From: Chara braunii
Taxonomy: Eukaryota; Plantae; Charophyceae
Length of the DNA: 59,949 nt
NCBI GenBank assembly: GCA_003427395.1
Contig: BFEA01000012.1
Span: 2,102,711 to 2,162,659, forward strand
Reading direction: 5' to 3'
Shown here: positions 26,726-37,715 of the stretch, in pieces
How the letters are laid out: every line of letters starts with the position of its first letter
Numbering within the stretch: position 1 is the first letter of the stretch
Translations under genes and position numbers: made by a program
The notes under the pieces: generated by a model
What the model saw: only the letters and a program-made list of their open reading frames with translations
Databases searched by the model: none
What the model was told of the DNA's origin: nothing

Positions 26726-27354
26726 GCTCCGCCTGCCTGTTATAGAGCCTCCCTCTCGCTTTCTCCCCTCTCCCCCCCGAAGTTGTCTGCCAAACTCTCC
26801 GCCTCTCGGATTCTCTCTCGCTCTCTCTCGAACGTCGCCGGCCTCCTGAGTTCCTGATCCGTCCATCCAAATCAGTGGAAACTGGAGCGCCCAAATAAAC
26901 CGACCCTGATGATCATCTTCACTACCGCCTTCGTCGCCATCAACATCATCCTCCAGATTGCCTTCAACAACATCATCACCCTCCGCCTAATTGCCTTCAT
27001 CTCCTTCATCATCATGATTACCCATGAGCCATCGACCGATTATGGTGTTCTTTCTCCGACATTATCGACGGGCTAACACTCGACAACCTCGCCATCACCA
27101 AACGTAGAAGCAATCACATCAACAGCAGTGAATAGCCCCCCATCATGATCGGTGGATAGCGATGAGCGATATGCTTGGGCTTTCGTGCTGTGAGAGAGAG
27201 AGAGAGAGAGCGCTTCTCATCGTCATATTCGACAACACCAACTACTTGTAGTTCGGGACACGGGTCACCCTCCATAGCCACTAACCTCAGTTCATCATCC
27301 TCGACCTTGTTGGGATCGGGACGGGCACCGCGGGAAGCAAACACTTACCGACAT
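3425..27354 (-). CDS. PBC1: 20S proteasome subunit beta type-3, full gene. Exons 27354-27349, 25622-25441, 22307-22200, 20915-20826, 19400-19316, 15594-15500, 3473-3425
   Basis: Exons total 615 nt (204 aa + TAA); all introns GT-AG and phases are consistent. Protein [44 protein letters not shown]...[10 protein letters not shown]...TLKGRMD* is the PSMB3/PBC1 family. Confidence 0.97.
4441..12202 (+). mobile_element. Degenerate full-length Ty3/gypsy (chromovirus-like) retrotransposon in PBC1 intron 6, antisense to the gene
   Basis: Gag about 5860-7720 with knuckle [14 protein letters not shown]; protease FADIGST (about 8005); [21 protein letters not shown]; RNase H; integrase CQVC, VSDRD, SNGQAE; chromodomain-like tail [19 protein letters not shown]; PPT 11313-11327; LTR homology 4441-4755 vs 11328-11634. 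Many stops and frameshifts. Confidence 0.92.
11328..12202 (+). repeat. 3' LTR (right end estimated)
   Basis: Starts TGAGGG directly after the purine tract AAGGAGGAGGGAGGG; candidate end ...CTCTCA at 12202; contains (GA)n. Confidence 0.6.
13920..14640 (+). mobile_element. Non-autonomous DNA transposon remnant, TTAA/ACCAYC family
   Basis: Ends GGTGGTGGT-TTAA. Internal GGGGTACTTTTCCCGTTGGCC shared with 33360-33810 and, reversed, with 35131-36597. Confidence 0.7.
15500..15594 (-). CDS. PBC1: PBC1 exon 6 [31 protein letters not shown]
   Basis: ttgcag acceptor, gtaagt donor; conserved [10 protein letters not shown]. Confidence 0.96.
16312..16610. repeat. About 140 bp tandem duplication, each unit ending in (CT)n
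   Basis: TTCAGTTAAAAAACGCACGCATCAAC...ACAACCTC(CT)n occurs twice. Confidence 0.85.
18989..19099. mobile_element. About 110 bp palindromic MITE
   Basis: CTACCTTCTTCCCCCGAATACAACGTAC...GTACGTTGTATTCGGGGGAAGAAGGTAG. Relatives near 23108-23220, 23275-23375, 23480-23623, 23750-23855, 55944-56057 and 56145-56259. Confidence 0.85.
19316..19400 (-). CDS. PBC1: PBC1 exon 5 (K)[28 protein letters not shown]
   Basis: cag acceptor, gtaaga donor; conserved [16 protein letters not shown]. Confidence 0.96.
20826..20915 (-). CDS. PBC1: PBC1 exon 4 (R)[29 protein letters not shown]
   Basis: cag acceptor, gtaag donor; conserved RFGPY..PVIAGL. Confidence 0.96.
21501..21855 (+). mobile_element. Decayed copy of the hammerhead-bearing short element, between two (CA)n tracts and interrupted by U6
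   Basis: 21501-21660 is a reverse-complement homolog of 59555-59800. It keeps ACCTCC-TCGGTGAAAGTCCGACGAAA but TGATGAG is deleted. 21808-21855 is homologous to 58445-58486. Confidence 0.8.
21711..21807 (-). pseudogene. U6: U6 snRNA retrocopy
   Basis: ACGATACAGAGAAGATTAGCATGGCCCCTGCGCGAGGATGACACGCAT..GAGAAATGGTCCAAA. Several substitutions, A-rich tail instead of an oligo-T terminator, no USE/TATA upstream, and degenerate 15-bp TSD. Confidence 0.9.
22200..22307 (-). CDS. PBC1: PBC1 exon 3 [35 protein letters not shown]
   Basis: cag acceptor, gtgagc donor; highly conserved sequence. Confidence 0.97.
22674..22965 (+). mobile_element. MITE with (CTA)GGCTACCAG termini
   Basis: CTAGGCTACCAGAGTGGCCCGGG...CTGGTAAACCTAG. 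Same family at 34415-34653, 37600-37730 and 44651-46070. Confidence 0.8.
24612..24868. mobile_element. Foldback element with about 75 bp inverted arms in TA-rich flanks
   Basis: TGTCACACTGTGAATCGGAGCGCAAAGG...CCCCACCTGTTCAT pairs with ATGAACAGGTGGGG...CCTTTGCGCTCCGATTCACAGTCTGACA. Partial relatives at 24256-24450 and 26330-26570. Confidence 0.8.
25039..25362. repeat. Minisatellites: 11-bp GGGCCTGAATC x about 6, and about 44-bp TTGGCGAGTTGATGAGCACAAAATAAAAGGGAGAAGGGAGGGG x4
   Basis: Direct reading of the tandem units. Confidence 0.9.
25441..25622 (-). CDS. PBC1: PBC1 exon 2 [25 protein letters not shown]...GTDVQT
   Basis: ctgcag acceptor, gtgagt donor. Confidence 0.97.
27349..27354 (-). CDS. 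PBC1: PBC1 exon 1 coding part (ATG TCG)
   Basis: acaagATGTCG|gtaagt: consensus donor, phase 0, supplies the MS N-terminus expected for this family. Confidence 0.85.
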
Positions 27355-28699
27355 CTTGTACGCAGCTCGCCAAACGCCTCAGATCTCGTCGGGCCCCTGC
27401 TGGCAGCGCTCACCGTCCTCGATAGCTCACCGTTGACCAACAAAAGCCTTAGGTATCAATGAAGCACTGAAAGGCCCGCCTACCTGTTCCACACCAACAC
27501 AGGCTATGGCGCCGTTACGCATAACCCTTCACCTCCACAGGCAGATGTTGCACATGAGCGGGGCTCCTTGACAAGGACAAGGGGCCTTCGCCACGTCCCT
27601 CCGTAACACGCTCCCTACCTAACCAAGTTTACGGTGAGGGAACCGGGGGGCGGTTTTTTACAAGAAACGATGTGTTCTATTTCACACAACGGGGGGTACC
27701 TGGGTGCTTGGTTGGTCTCCATGGAGGAGGACAGCAGAATGGGGGATTGTGGGGTCTGGAAGGAGTGCCACTGCGTTAGAGGTAGCCTAGGGGAGTACGG
27801 CTCCGGGGCAGATTTCCTGAGCTCTGAGGACAAAGGCGGGGGGGGATCCCTTAGGAGCTTGGTTGGGACCCCGCACACGGTCCACTAGCCGCAGGGTTTA
27901 GTTGCACAAAGTCCGTCTCGCTAGTTGAAGGTTTAGTTGCACGGAGTCCATTCCGACCGGTGTGACCCAGGGTGGCCACAGATGGCCACATAATCTGGTG
28001 GTGGAAATTTCTTTTCTGTTTTTTTGTTCCTTGTGAAGTCCACCCATTGGGTGACGGGAAAAGAAAACAAGGTGGGCATCTAGTGCAGGGTTGCAGATTC
28101 TAAATGACGAGGGGGAAAAATAAAAATAAAAAAAAAATGATGAGGGATATCGTTAGAATCTCATCATTTTATTTATTTATTTATTATTTCTAAATATTTT
28201 TTTGTATTAAAAAATGGCATAGCAGAGTCAATAAATCGGAGGTTGTTGTTTTGTATTTTGTCTGCGACTTTTTGAACGACTTGAAGTGGCATCACATTTC
28301 ATAAGGCCTCGCTTGACTACTCTTCAAATGTGCCAAATGATATTGAATCCTTCGATAAAACACGAAAAGGTGCATTGCCATGGCCTCGTTCCACTACTCT
28401 TCAAATGTGCGAAATGATATTGAATCCTCCGCTAAAACACGAAAAGGTGCATTGCCAAACTTTTGTCTTTTGTATTTGAGTTGAAAAGTAGTGAAGCAAC
28501 ATAAAACGTCATATGTTGAGGTCACCTATAGTGGTGCCTGGACCCTTGGGTCCACTACTTATTTTCTACTGGGAATTTTTGGAACCGAGCACCCAGGTCC
28601 GTCCACCATTATATTAAAAAAAACAACCAAACATATAGTTTTAATCTCCTTTCTGTAAAAGTTGCTAAGGTGTCTCCAAAACACTAAGCTTCTCTAAAC

Positions 28700-31600
28700 C
28701 ACTTCAAACCCACTTATATGTTGCTACAGTGTAAAACATTTATCCTCTAGTCGGTTTGGATCATGCAACGAAGTTTAATAATAAAAGTTGCTATAATACG
28801 CTTATTCAACCAATCATAATTTTGAAAACACAATTGTTTATTATTTGCCATATGATTAATAACCCCATTCCTTTTCATGTCTGAGTCAAATAACTCCACC
28901 TTTTGGTCAACGATAAATCATCAAGATACCTCATAATAGGGTCCAGACTTTGTCTCGTGAGGATGAAGTACCATATATGTGATCTCAGTATTTCAGTGTT
29001 CATCTTCGAAAAAATATTACAGTCAGACAATACCACCACAAATATAGTATGGATTAAAATACTCACTCCCTTACATGCGAAGTTTATTTTCATTCATGCT
29101 CTATGAACCATATTGCAAATGGTGTAGGAAGCAATAGAATAAGTCATAGGATTGAAATTCTCCTTTGTTACATCAGTCGTTTCATTTACTTAAAATATCT
29201 TATTATTTTTTTCTTAATAATTAAAGGGTTTTAATTTTACACGAAGTCGTTTTTTTTATATTTGACATTTCATTTATCTCCAACACCTTACTATGTTTTT
29301 CTCAATAACTGAATAGTTTAAATTTAGCACGAAGGCACATCGTTGTTTATATAAACAACGATGAAAAACTTATAAAAAACAATAAATCTTATAGCCAATC
29401 TGTTGAGTGCAAATCAGCAGAGGTAAGTTAATAAAATTATTACCTTTTACACATCATTTTTAATTATATAAAGGTGAATCAATATGTGAATCGACATGTG
29501 ATCGTTGGTTAAATTGAGTTTCACGAAAACCTTTGTCTGTTTTACAATCTCAACAATAAAATATATGTTTGTCTTTTGTTTTGACTAAAACAAATTTTAA
29601 ACTTTTCAGACTTCTCCTGCCTTATTTATATACCGAGTGTCTAAAGGGTCAACCACTTTCATAAATATTAATTTGTTTCATCCTTTCAAAATTGTTGCAA
29701 TTAAACTTTTATTGCTTGTACTCAGTAACCATACAGGATCCTCTTCAGTTTTGCCTCAAATCTTTATGTCCCTAATGCCTCATTTCATAAATACTTTATA
29801 AATAGAACATCTATTTTCATTCATTATCACAAAAAATTGGAGAGAGAAAAATTCACTATGAATCAATCACTCTTCGTTGATTCAATTTATAAATTTACAA
29901 ATGAAGGTTAATTTAAGATTTTCGCTTTAAACAATGATATTACACAAAAAATTGGGAGTAAGTTTCTTTTATATTAATATGATCATCTTTCAAAATAAGG
30001 ACTTTAAATGTATGGGTTCGTAGAAATACAGTGTTCAGATGTCGGACAACCTTGAGAACTTTCATCCTCATCCGTAATATGTTTTTCGAATATAATTTAG
30101 TATAACAATTTAAGGTAAAAATTAGTTTTTTATTAATTTATCAATATAGTGTCATTGTTTTTTATAACATCGGTCATATAAAACCTTCGTTCATCTCGTG
30201 AGAAATATAACATTTTTTTGATAACCTTCAAAATATTTTTGTTTTCGCTTATTATATAAATATTTTTCATAAAAATATAATATATATTAATTTGATAATA
30301 AAATAATAGCGACTATTAAGTTATAAAACTAAATTGATAAATTAGCGAAGTTTAAGTAAAGTTTACACCTATAATTTTCAAATAGTGGTAGGCGACAGAC
30401 TATATCTGATGACACTCTTTTGTAAACTTATTTGAAGAAGAATACATTTTTGCACATTCGTACAATTTTACAGAGCAATCTCCACTTTTATAAAATGCTT
30501 CAGTTTACCATCTTGCACCCGTTGTATACCTTATTCCACCAAGTAAAATCACTTATCATAAAAATATATTTTAACCATTTAAAAACAAAAAATATTATAT
30601 ATATATAATTTATTTACAATAATAGTAAACAGCATTGTCTCAATGAAAGCCTTAAAAAAACGTTCTTATGAACATTGGAGCAAAGAGCAAAGAACAAAGA
30701 TGACAGTGAGCATCGTTTTCTTAACATTTGAGTGAATGAAAATTAATTCAAGACTTCTTATGAATAATCATAGACGTAATAGAGTGAGTATAAATATTTT
30801 GCCCTGCCTATATAAGATTTTTATAAATGTTTTCCACTTCAGTATTCACAATATATACAACTATGTATATATGATCAAGCGACTCGGTTATAAGTTTTTT
30901 CTAAATTCAACAAATACATTAAAATGTTAAGTTGTTCATTCCAAATAACTTTTACTGTTTCAATCACTACAATTACGTTGTCAAAGTTAGGGCCTCCTCT
31001 AACAAAGGTCGAATGGTTTGAGATAATAAGTTTCAATAAATATTTGTCATTTTTATGGGGAGTAATTTTTACAAATAACTTATTAAACCATCAGTACATT
31101 TTTCGTATGGGAAAATAGGGAAAACTAACAGTTTTCACAGACGCCTGAATTTTTGGAGATCGGGCCCGATGATGACTGCCATTGATAAATCTGATCGGCG
31201 ATCGTCGTTTCGTTTCGGCCGCTGCAAAGGTCGGATGCCTACCCGAGGCCCGCTATTTTCCAAGCGGGTACTGGTGGTTTAAGATATTGATAATATAAAT
31301 GGATATTCAGTTTCTGATCTGTCCACTTATGATTTTCATTAAAAAATAAAAAATATATATCTTTATATATATTAGTAAATAATTGAAACCTCAATAGAAT
31401 GTTTTCATAAATTTGTATTGGTTGATCTTTAATCTCATTATAAATCAAAAAATACAATTCGACCGACAATCCATTGTCGTTGAGAGTTTTATCACCAACT
31501 TCAAAATTTTGTAAACATTAATAGTTATCACAGATCAATATGAGGTTTGTTTATCTTTAGTTAAAAGTTTCACTGTTGTAATGATCCAATGACTGTTTTT

Positions 31601-32090
31601 TAAAAATAGTTAATTTTTAACGTTTGCACCTTATATTTTAAAAATTAAAATATCGCTAAAACATAAAATGAAGTATTTTAATAGATCGATGAGTTTTTAT
31701 TTTTTTATCATAGTAAAATGGTTATTATTGAGGTCCCTTCATGAAGACTCGCGCAAAAATAATAAAAGTTTTACAAAATATTATTTCGTCATGAATGATT
31801 TTTTACTTGAAGTCATTGATACCAAATTTGTGATTTATATTTTTGTATTATAAACTTTCGACAAACAATTTGATTATCTTCTTCCCAGATACCAAGTTTA
31901 AATCAATTTTTTTTTTATACGTTATTTCGTATTTAATTTACATTTATACAATTATTTCTCCTATTTTTTTAATTTATGAGTAATATTAATAAGAACAATG
32001 AAAAAAAATTGAAAACCCGATCATCACTTATTGTTAATCAATCCACGTTGATAATTAAGTATAAAACAAAGTCGATACTTACCTATAGTT
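28700..32090 (-). mobile_element. Ancient, AT-drifted L1-type LINE ORF2 remnant (boundaries approximate)
   Basis: NGLSVELYFLIYNEIKDQPIQIYENIL (compare DGLPVEFFELFWD) and KLFVKI..STFVRGGPNFDNVIVVIE..LLNLEKTYNRV (compare AAFVQGKSIFNNIV..MLDLEKIYDRV) align by eye to the RT of the younger LINEs in this window. Confidence 0.7.
31087..31278. mobile_element. 192 bp MITE flanked by TTAA on both sides
   Basis: TTAA-ACCATCAGTAC...GTACTGGTGGT-TTAA; interrupts the old LINE RT. Confidence 0.8.
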
Positions 32091-33569
32091 ATGACTTTGA
32101 GGGTTGCAGTAGGAAAACACTCAAGTAGCGGGAATAGGCCTGTGATCAGGATTGTTTGCGTTCGGGAGAGGCCGAATGCCCGAACGTTCGGCACCCCCTC
32201 TTGACGCGTTCGACCGTTCGGCCGAACGAGGACCCAAATAAAAAATAAACTTCCAAAAAATCTATAAAAAAAATAATGTTATGCAAAAGAATATACTGAA
32301 CAACATTTGCCTCAACGTTACATGGAAATTTTTGACCAAATTCAAACTCAAAATCAAATTATAAAAATAAATAATAATAATAAAAATTACAAAAAATAAA
32401 ATGAGAATAAAATTATGAAGTGGGCGAGCACGTTTTTGACACCGCCATTTTTGGCGATTTTTTTTTTTTTTTACTATGACAAATGCCATGAAAATTTATA
32501 TATGTGTATCTTACGTAATATAGAATTTACAAATAAAGTTAAAAAAAATAATTNNNNNNNNNNNNNNNNNNNNNNNNNNNNNNNNNNNNNNNNNNNNNNN
32601 NNNNNNNNAACAGAATGGCTTCAAAATTAAGACGGAGATACCTTACATCACAAAGAACTCACAAAAAAAACTTCAGAAAACAATAATAATATTTAGGTGC
32701 CAAAATATTTTTTTGCGTTATCCACACCCCCTCAAGTCCGGGCCCCATACGAGGACTCGAATGTCCGAACATTCTGGGGTTAGCTTAGGGGCCTCCGTAC
32801 ATTCGGCCTGATAGTCCTGCCTGTAGCAATTAGAGCCACTCAAGTAGCAAGGAGAGGCCTGCGACGCTTATAGCAGCAAGGAAAACACTTAAACATCAGG
32901 TACGCCCGTACTAATTAAGTGGCAGTAGATGCGTTGGGGACCAGCCGCCGAGTAGCAGAAGTCAAAAGTTAACATTTTTAAAGGCTCGGTAGCGGTAGGT
33001 AGACTGTTATTTGTCCAAGTAACCTGAGTCTATGGCCCGTGTGTATGATAACAAAGTCTGCAATGATGTTTTATCTTTGAAAGGACGCAGGTACCGGTTA
33101 GGGTGGCAAAGAGGTAAGAAAATCACCGCCCAAGAGACAAACGTCTTTCTACGTATGAGAGACCGAGCAGTAGCCTCAACCTCACTTTGCGGTGTATAAG
33201 TTTGCACGACATGCAACTCGAGCAAGTGCTAGCATTCCGAGTGTTATTCCAATCCCGTCGATCATACATTTATAATGGCCTCGACCGTATGGTCGGAGCG
33301 TTAAGTCTTTTTGTGTGTCGTAGGCTTACCCGATATAACACTAACCCAATCGAACCCCCCATTTGCGATTTATTTTTCTGTTAAAATAATTTTATTTATT
33401 TTTAAAATATTTTTTTCATAAAAATCGTGACAAAATATATGGACACTCGTATTTTCAGAGTTGTTGATTCACCCTTTTGAGAGTAAAAAATCGTGAAAGT
33501 TGGGGTACTTTTCCCTTTGGCCCAGACGTGGTGGAGTGACAAAAATTAAAAATGCGATGAAACTGCGCG

Positions 33570-33606
<37 letters not shown>

Positions 33607-35130
33607 CATTGAGAGATAAAAACCTAATCTATAGGATCTCAAATTTTCCAGATTTGTTTGCTAATTCTTCTTAGCGTAAGAAATCGTCAAATTTCACGCT
33701 TGAAATTTGTTGGACCGGACCTGTCTACGCCTGCTAGTCGCCGCCCTCCCTAAGAATCCGGTCTGTAAGGCCAGGAAAAAACGAATTTAGGTTGGCGGGT
33801 TAGTGGTGGTTTAAGGGTATTTAGTCCAACAACCCGCTTGTAAGCGACTACTGTATCTTCAGTTTATGAGTGTGCACTAAGAACTTAGTGGAACCCGATG
33901 AAGTCTAAATATTTGAGGGGACAATGACTATGACGGGAATGAATAGACTAAGGCAACGACTAATGAACAACTTCTTAAACTATAAAAAAAAAAAAAAAAG
34001 CCGATAACGTACAAAATAACTTATTGTGTGTATTTACAGATATTGCCCCGCCAATTCATTGTGATACAAATATCAGTGTTATGACCTTGGAGGTAAGAAC
34101 CTTGAAAAATAATTATAAGTAACAATGTCATTATAAATATGGTAATTCTTTGTGACTTTTCATAAGACTCAACTGATAGTATTCGCTACTCATGATTTCA
34201 GTATTTTAAAATTTTCGCATCAGCATAATCCTTTCTGAAACATCTTCAAACCTCTCTACACCATCAGGATTAAAAAAAAAATCAAACGCAAAAATGAAAG
34301 TGATTGAAAATTCGTATAAAATTAAAAATATTTCTACGAACAAATATATGTAAATTTAATAAAAACTTTGAAGTTTTTATATAATTTTTAATTAAAGACA
34401 ATTGTGTAGATTTTAAGGCTACAAGTCGGATCTCCCGGGTCACCTTGTTTTCCAGGATGGCTCGACCTTGCAAAGATCAAAGAAGGTTAAAAAAAAAAAA
34501 AAAAAAAAAATGTACAAAAAAATAAACTGAATAACTTTTGTCTCTGAGTTATAACATTTTTTTTACCAAATAAAAATAAAAATTATGTTTTTAATAAACA
34601 TATATATTTTGACCCGACATGGCAAGTGATCCCGGACCACTCTGGTAGCCTAGGTAAATTTTGTGTAAAAACAATAAATCAATTTTCATTGCACCAACGT
34701 TGTGATGAATCGATTCACTATAATTTATACTTGAAAAGAAGTTTGAGATATCATAAATCTGAATAGAAAATAAAATTAATAAATTTGATAAATGAAGTCA
34801 ACTTATAATTATTATTATTTTTTAGGTTTAAAGGTTTTACTTTTGCATTGTCAACTTTAAGTCTTAATTTTTTTAACTATATATTCATATGATCGATTTG
34901 ATTTATGTTGAGAGCATAAATATATTGCATTCATTGTCGTTCAAATATATGAATTATGTTTATGGGAGCTAAAATCCTTTATTCTTGTTCTCATGTTAAT
35001 TAAAAAAGTTTTTGTCGACCAATATTAACATTATATTTTGGAGATCAGTACCGTAGAGTATAAACAATGTTCAAATTTGATTGATATTTTAACAACATGT
35101 ACATCCACTGCACTGAATACGCAAATATTT

Positions 35131-36080
35131 AAACCATCACTCCTCCCGCCGGCTTAAATTCGACTTCCCTGACCCTTTGGATCCGGTTTTTAAGAGGGGT
35201 GGCGAATGATAGGCATAGGCGGGTCCAGTCCCGCAATTTTCAATCACCAACTTTGATGATTTTTCATGTTTAAAAAAATTGACAAACAAATATGAAAATT
35301 AAAGATCCTATATATTAGGTTATGCAGGGTCAGCAGCCCGTACGTACGGAGGTCCCCAGGCAAACCTCCGTACGTACGGGCGTTGAGGGTCTAAACCCGA
35401 CGACTTTTGACCCCCGCCAAAAAAAAAATTGGGGCCTAAAAATAATTATTTGTTTCTTGTTTTGTGAGCTTTCTATGTCGTGAGGTAAATGCCTGTAAAT
35501 TTTCAAGTCATTTGGCTAAGCCAACAAAGAATTAAAAATCCCCAAAGATGCCGGTGTCAAAACGTGCTCGCCCACGTATTTTTTCACTTTCAACTTTTTG
35601 TTTTCACTTTAGTTCGGGGTCCAAACAATTTTCTTATTTTTTGAAAATTTTTAGTGGGTTTTGTATTATGTGAAGTACACATCTGTAAATTTTCAGGACA
35701 TTTAGCTACGCCGAAAAAAATGAAAAATCGCCAAAGATGGCGGTGTCGAAAACATGCTCGCGCACTCACTAAATTTAATTCTCTTTTTATTTTTATTTAT
35801 TTTGATTATTAGTATTTATTTTTCGTATTTTATTTTTATTTCAAATTTGGTAAGGAATTCGGATGTAATGCTCAGGCAAATCTTGTTTAATTCATTTTTC
35901 TCCATAGCATATCTGTTTTTCAGATTTTTTTGATGACTTTTTTTTTTNNNNNNNNNNNNNNNGTATTTATTTTTCGTATTTTATTTTTATTTCAAATTTG
36001 GTAAGGAATTCGGATGTAATGCTCAGGCAAATCTTGTTTAATTTATTTTTCTCCATAGCATATCTTTTTTTCAGATTTTT

Positions 36081-36124
<44 letters not shown>

Positions 36125-36597
36125 TCGCGTTCGGCCCGAACGGCCGAATGCATCCCCAAGGGGTCCCATACGTTTGGCCGTTCGGGTTCGGGCATTCGGC
36201 CCGTCCCGAACGCCGATTACCCTGAGGTTATGATCTATCAAGAAAAAATATAATAAAAATAAAAGAAATAGCTTACAGTGTGAAAACGGTTCGCGTCGTT
36301 TCATTATATTTTCTAGTTTTTCCACCCGACTAGTTGTGACCCAATGAAAAAAGTACCCCAACTTCTGTGATTTTTAGAGTTGAGAATAATAAATTAAAAA
36401 CTCTAAACATTTGATAGTTTGTAGATTTGGTTGTGATCTGTAAAAAAAAAAAAAAAAAGTCAATAAAGTAAAATAAAATTGTTTCAATTATGAAATAAAT
36501 CTTCGCGGCAATTCGAAACATTTACCATTTTGCCACCCCGTCGGTTCTTCCCACGAGGCTTCTCCCGTATTTAGAACGGCGGGGAGAGTGGTGGTTT
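35131..36597 (-). mobile_element. Non-autonomous TIR element (TTAA/ACCAYC family) with nested insertions
   Basis: Left AAACCATCACTCCTCCCGCCGGCTTAAAT versus the reverse complement of the right end AAACCACCACTCTCCCCGCCGTTCTAAAT; body homologous to 33360-33810. Confidence 0.75.
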
Positions 36598-37440
36598 TAT
36601 TTATCTCTGTTGTTTCATATAGAGTACGTGAGGGGGGAGTGGTGGTTTGATATATCTATGTTGTTTCATTTAGAGTACGTGGATCAGTAACTTATTATGG
36701 ATAGAAAAATGACAATTACTTTGAGCAAAACAATTGTGTATTATGATACCCTATGATACCATGACAATTCATTTGGGAAAAAAAATTGTGTATTATGATA
36801 CCCTGTGATACCATAACGGACTGTGAGATATATAATTCGAGCACACTGCTAAAACGGGGAACCCATCCTCATTGGATGGTGAAATGTATTGTTTTCTTTT
36901 CCCACTTCTACGTGATATGGCTAATATGACTCTCTTATTTACTCGGTTTGAATAAGGACATTTGTGCGCTTAGCGATATCATCGTTTTACAAATCAAATT
37001 TTAGTTTTTTTACTTTTTTTATTTCACGTATTATTATTTTTTACACAAGAATAATATACAAAGTTATCGTCCACCTTTTAATTTAATGTACATAGTTTTT
37101 TTTTTTTTTTTTTTCAAGGAAGATTTTCATGCCCGACCGAGCATCCAGGTGTGACACCTGGGGTACCTCGGACGTGGATAAAAACAATAAGATTTTTTTT
37201 TTGTTTTGCCTTGAATTCTTTTAGAGGACTACAAATGCGGGCTCATTTTGTTTTTTGCAAGTTGGCTTTCAAAAGGGGGGGGAGAGGGCATAAATTGGTT
37301 TTAAAGAAGGTGCCTCAATATATATATATTTTTTCCTATCTTCGATTCCGTTAGGAATCTAATGTCACCCTCAACAAAAAGTTGTTTATAATGCAATTCT
37401 ACACAATATATGTTTAATTGGATTTTATTTTTATTTATTA

Positions 37441-37481
<41 letters not shown>

Positions 37482-37715
37482 TATTATTATTATTTTATGG
37501 GAGCTGCCCAAGACCGTGCTTGGGGCTAAGCACCCGGGAATACGTTGGATGCACGCGCGCCGTGAAAAACAACCTAGTTTTTTTTTACACTAATAACTTC
37601 GGCTACCAGAGTGATTCGGGTCCACTTGCCCGACCGGACAAAAAAAAATAAAAATAATAATAAATAAAAAAATGGTAAATAATTTCAATGTGATCCTAAC
37701 CCAAAAGTTATTTAG

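Noticed and set aside
28100-32550. Endogenous giant virus or horizontally acquired AT-rich island
   Set aside because: Translations resolve into decayed LINE RT motifs plus MITEs.
35812-36095. About 135 bp tandem duplication
   Set aside because: The copies sit on either side of an N gap; most likely an assembly overlap artefact.
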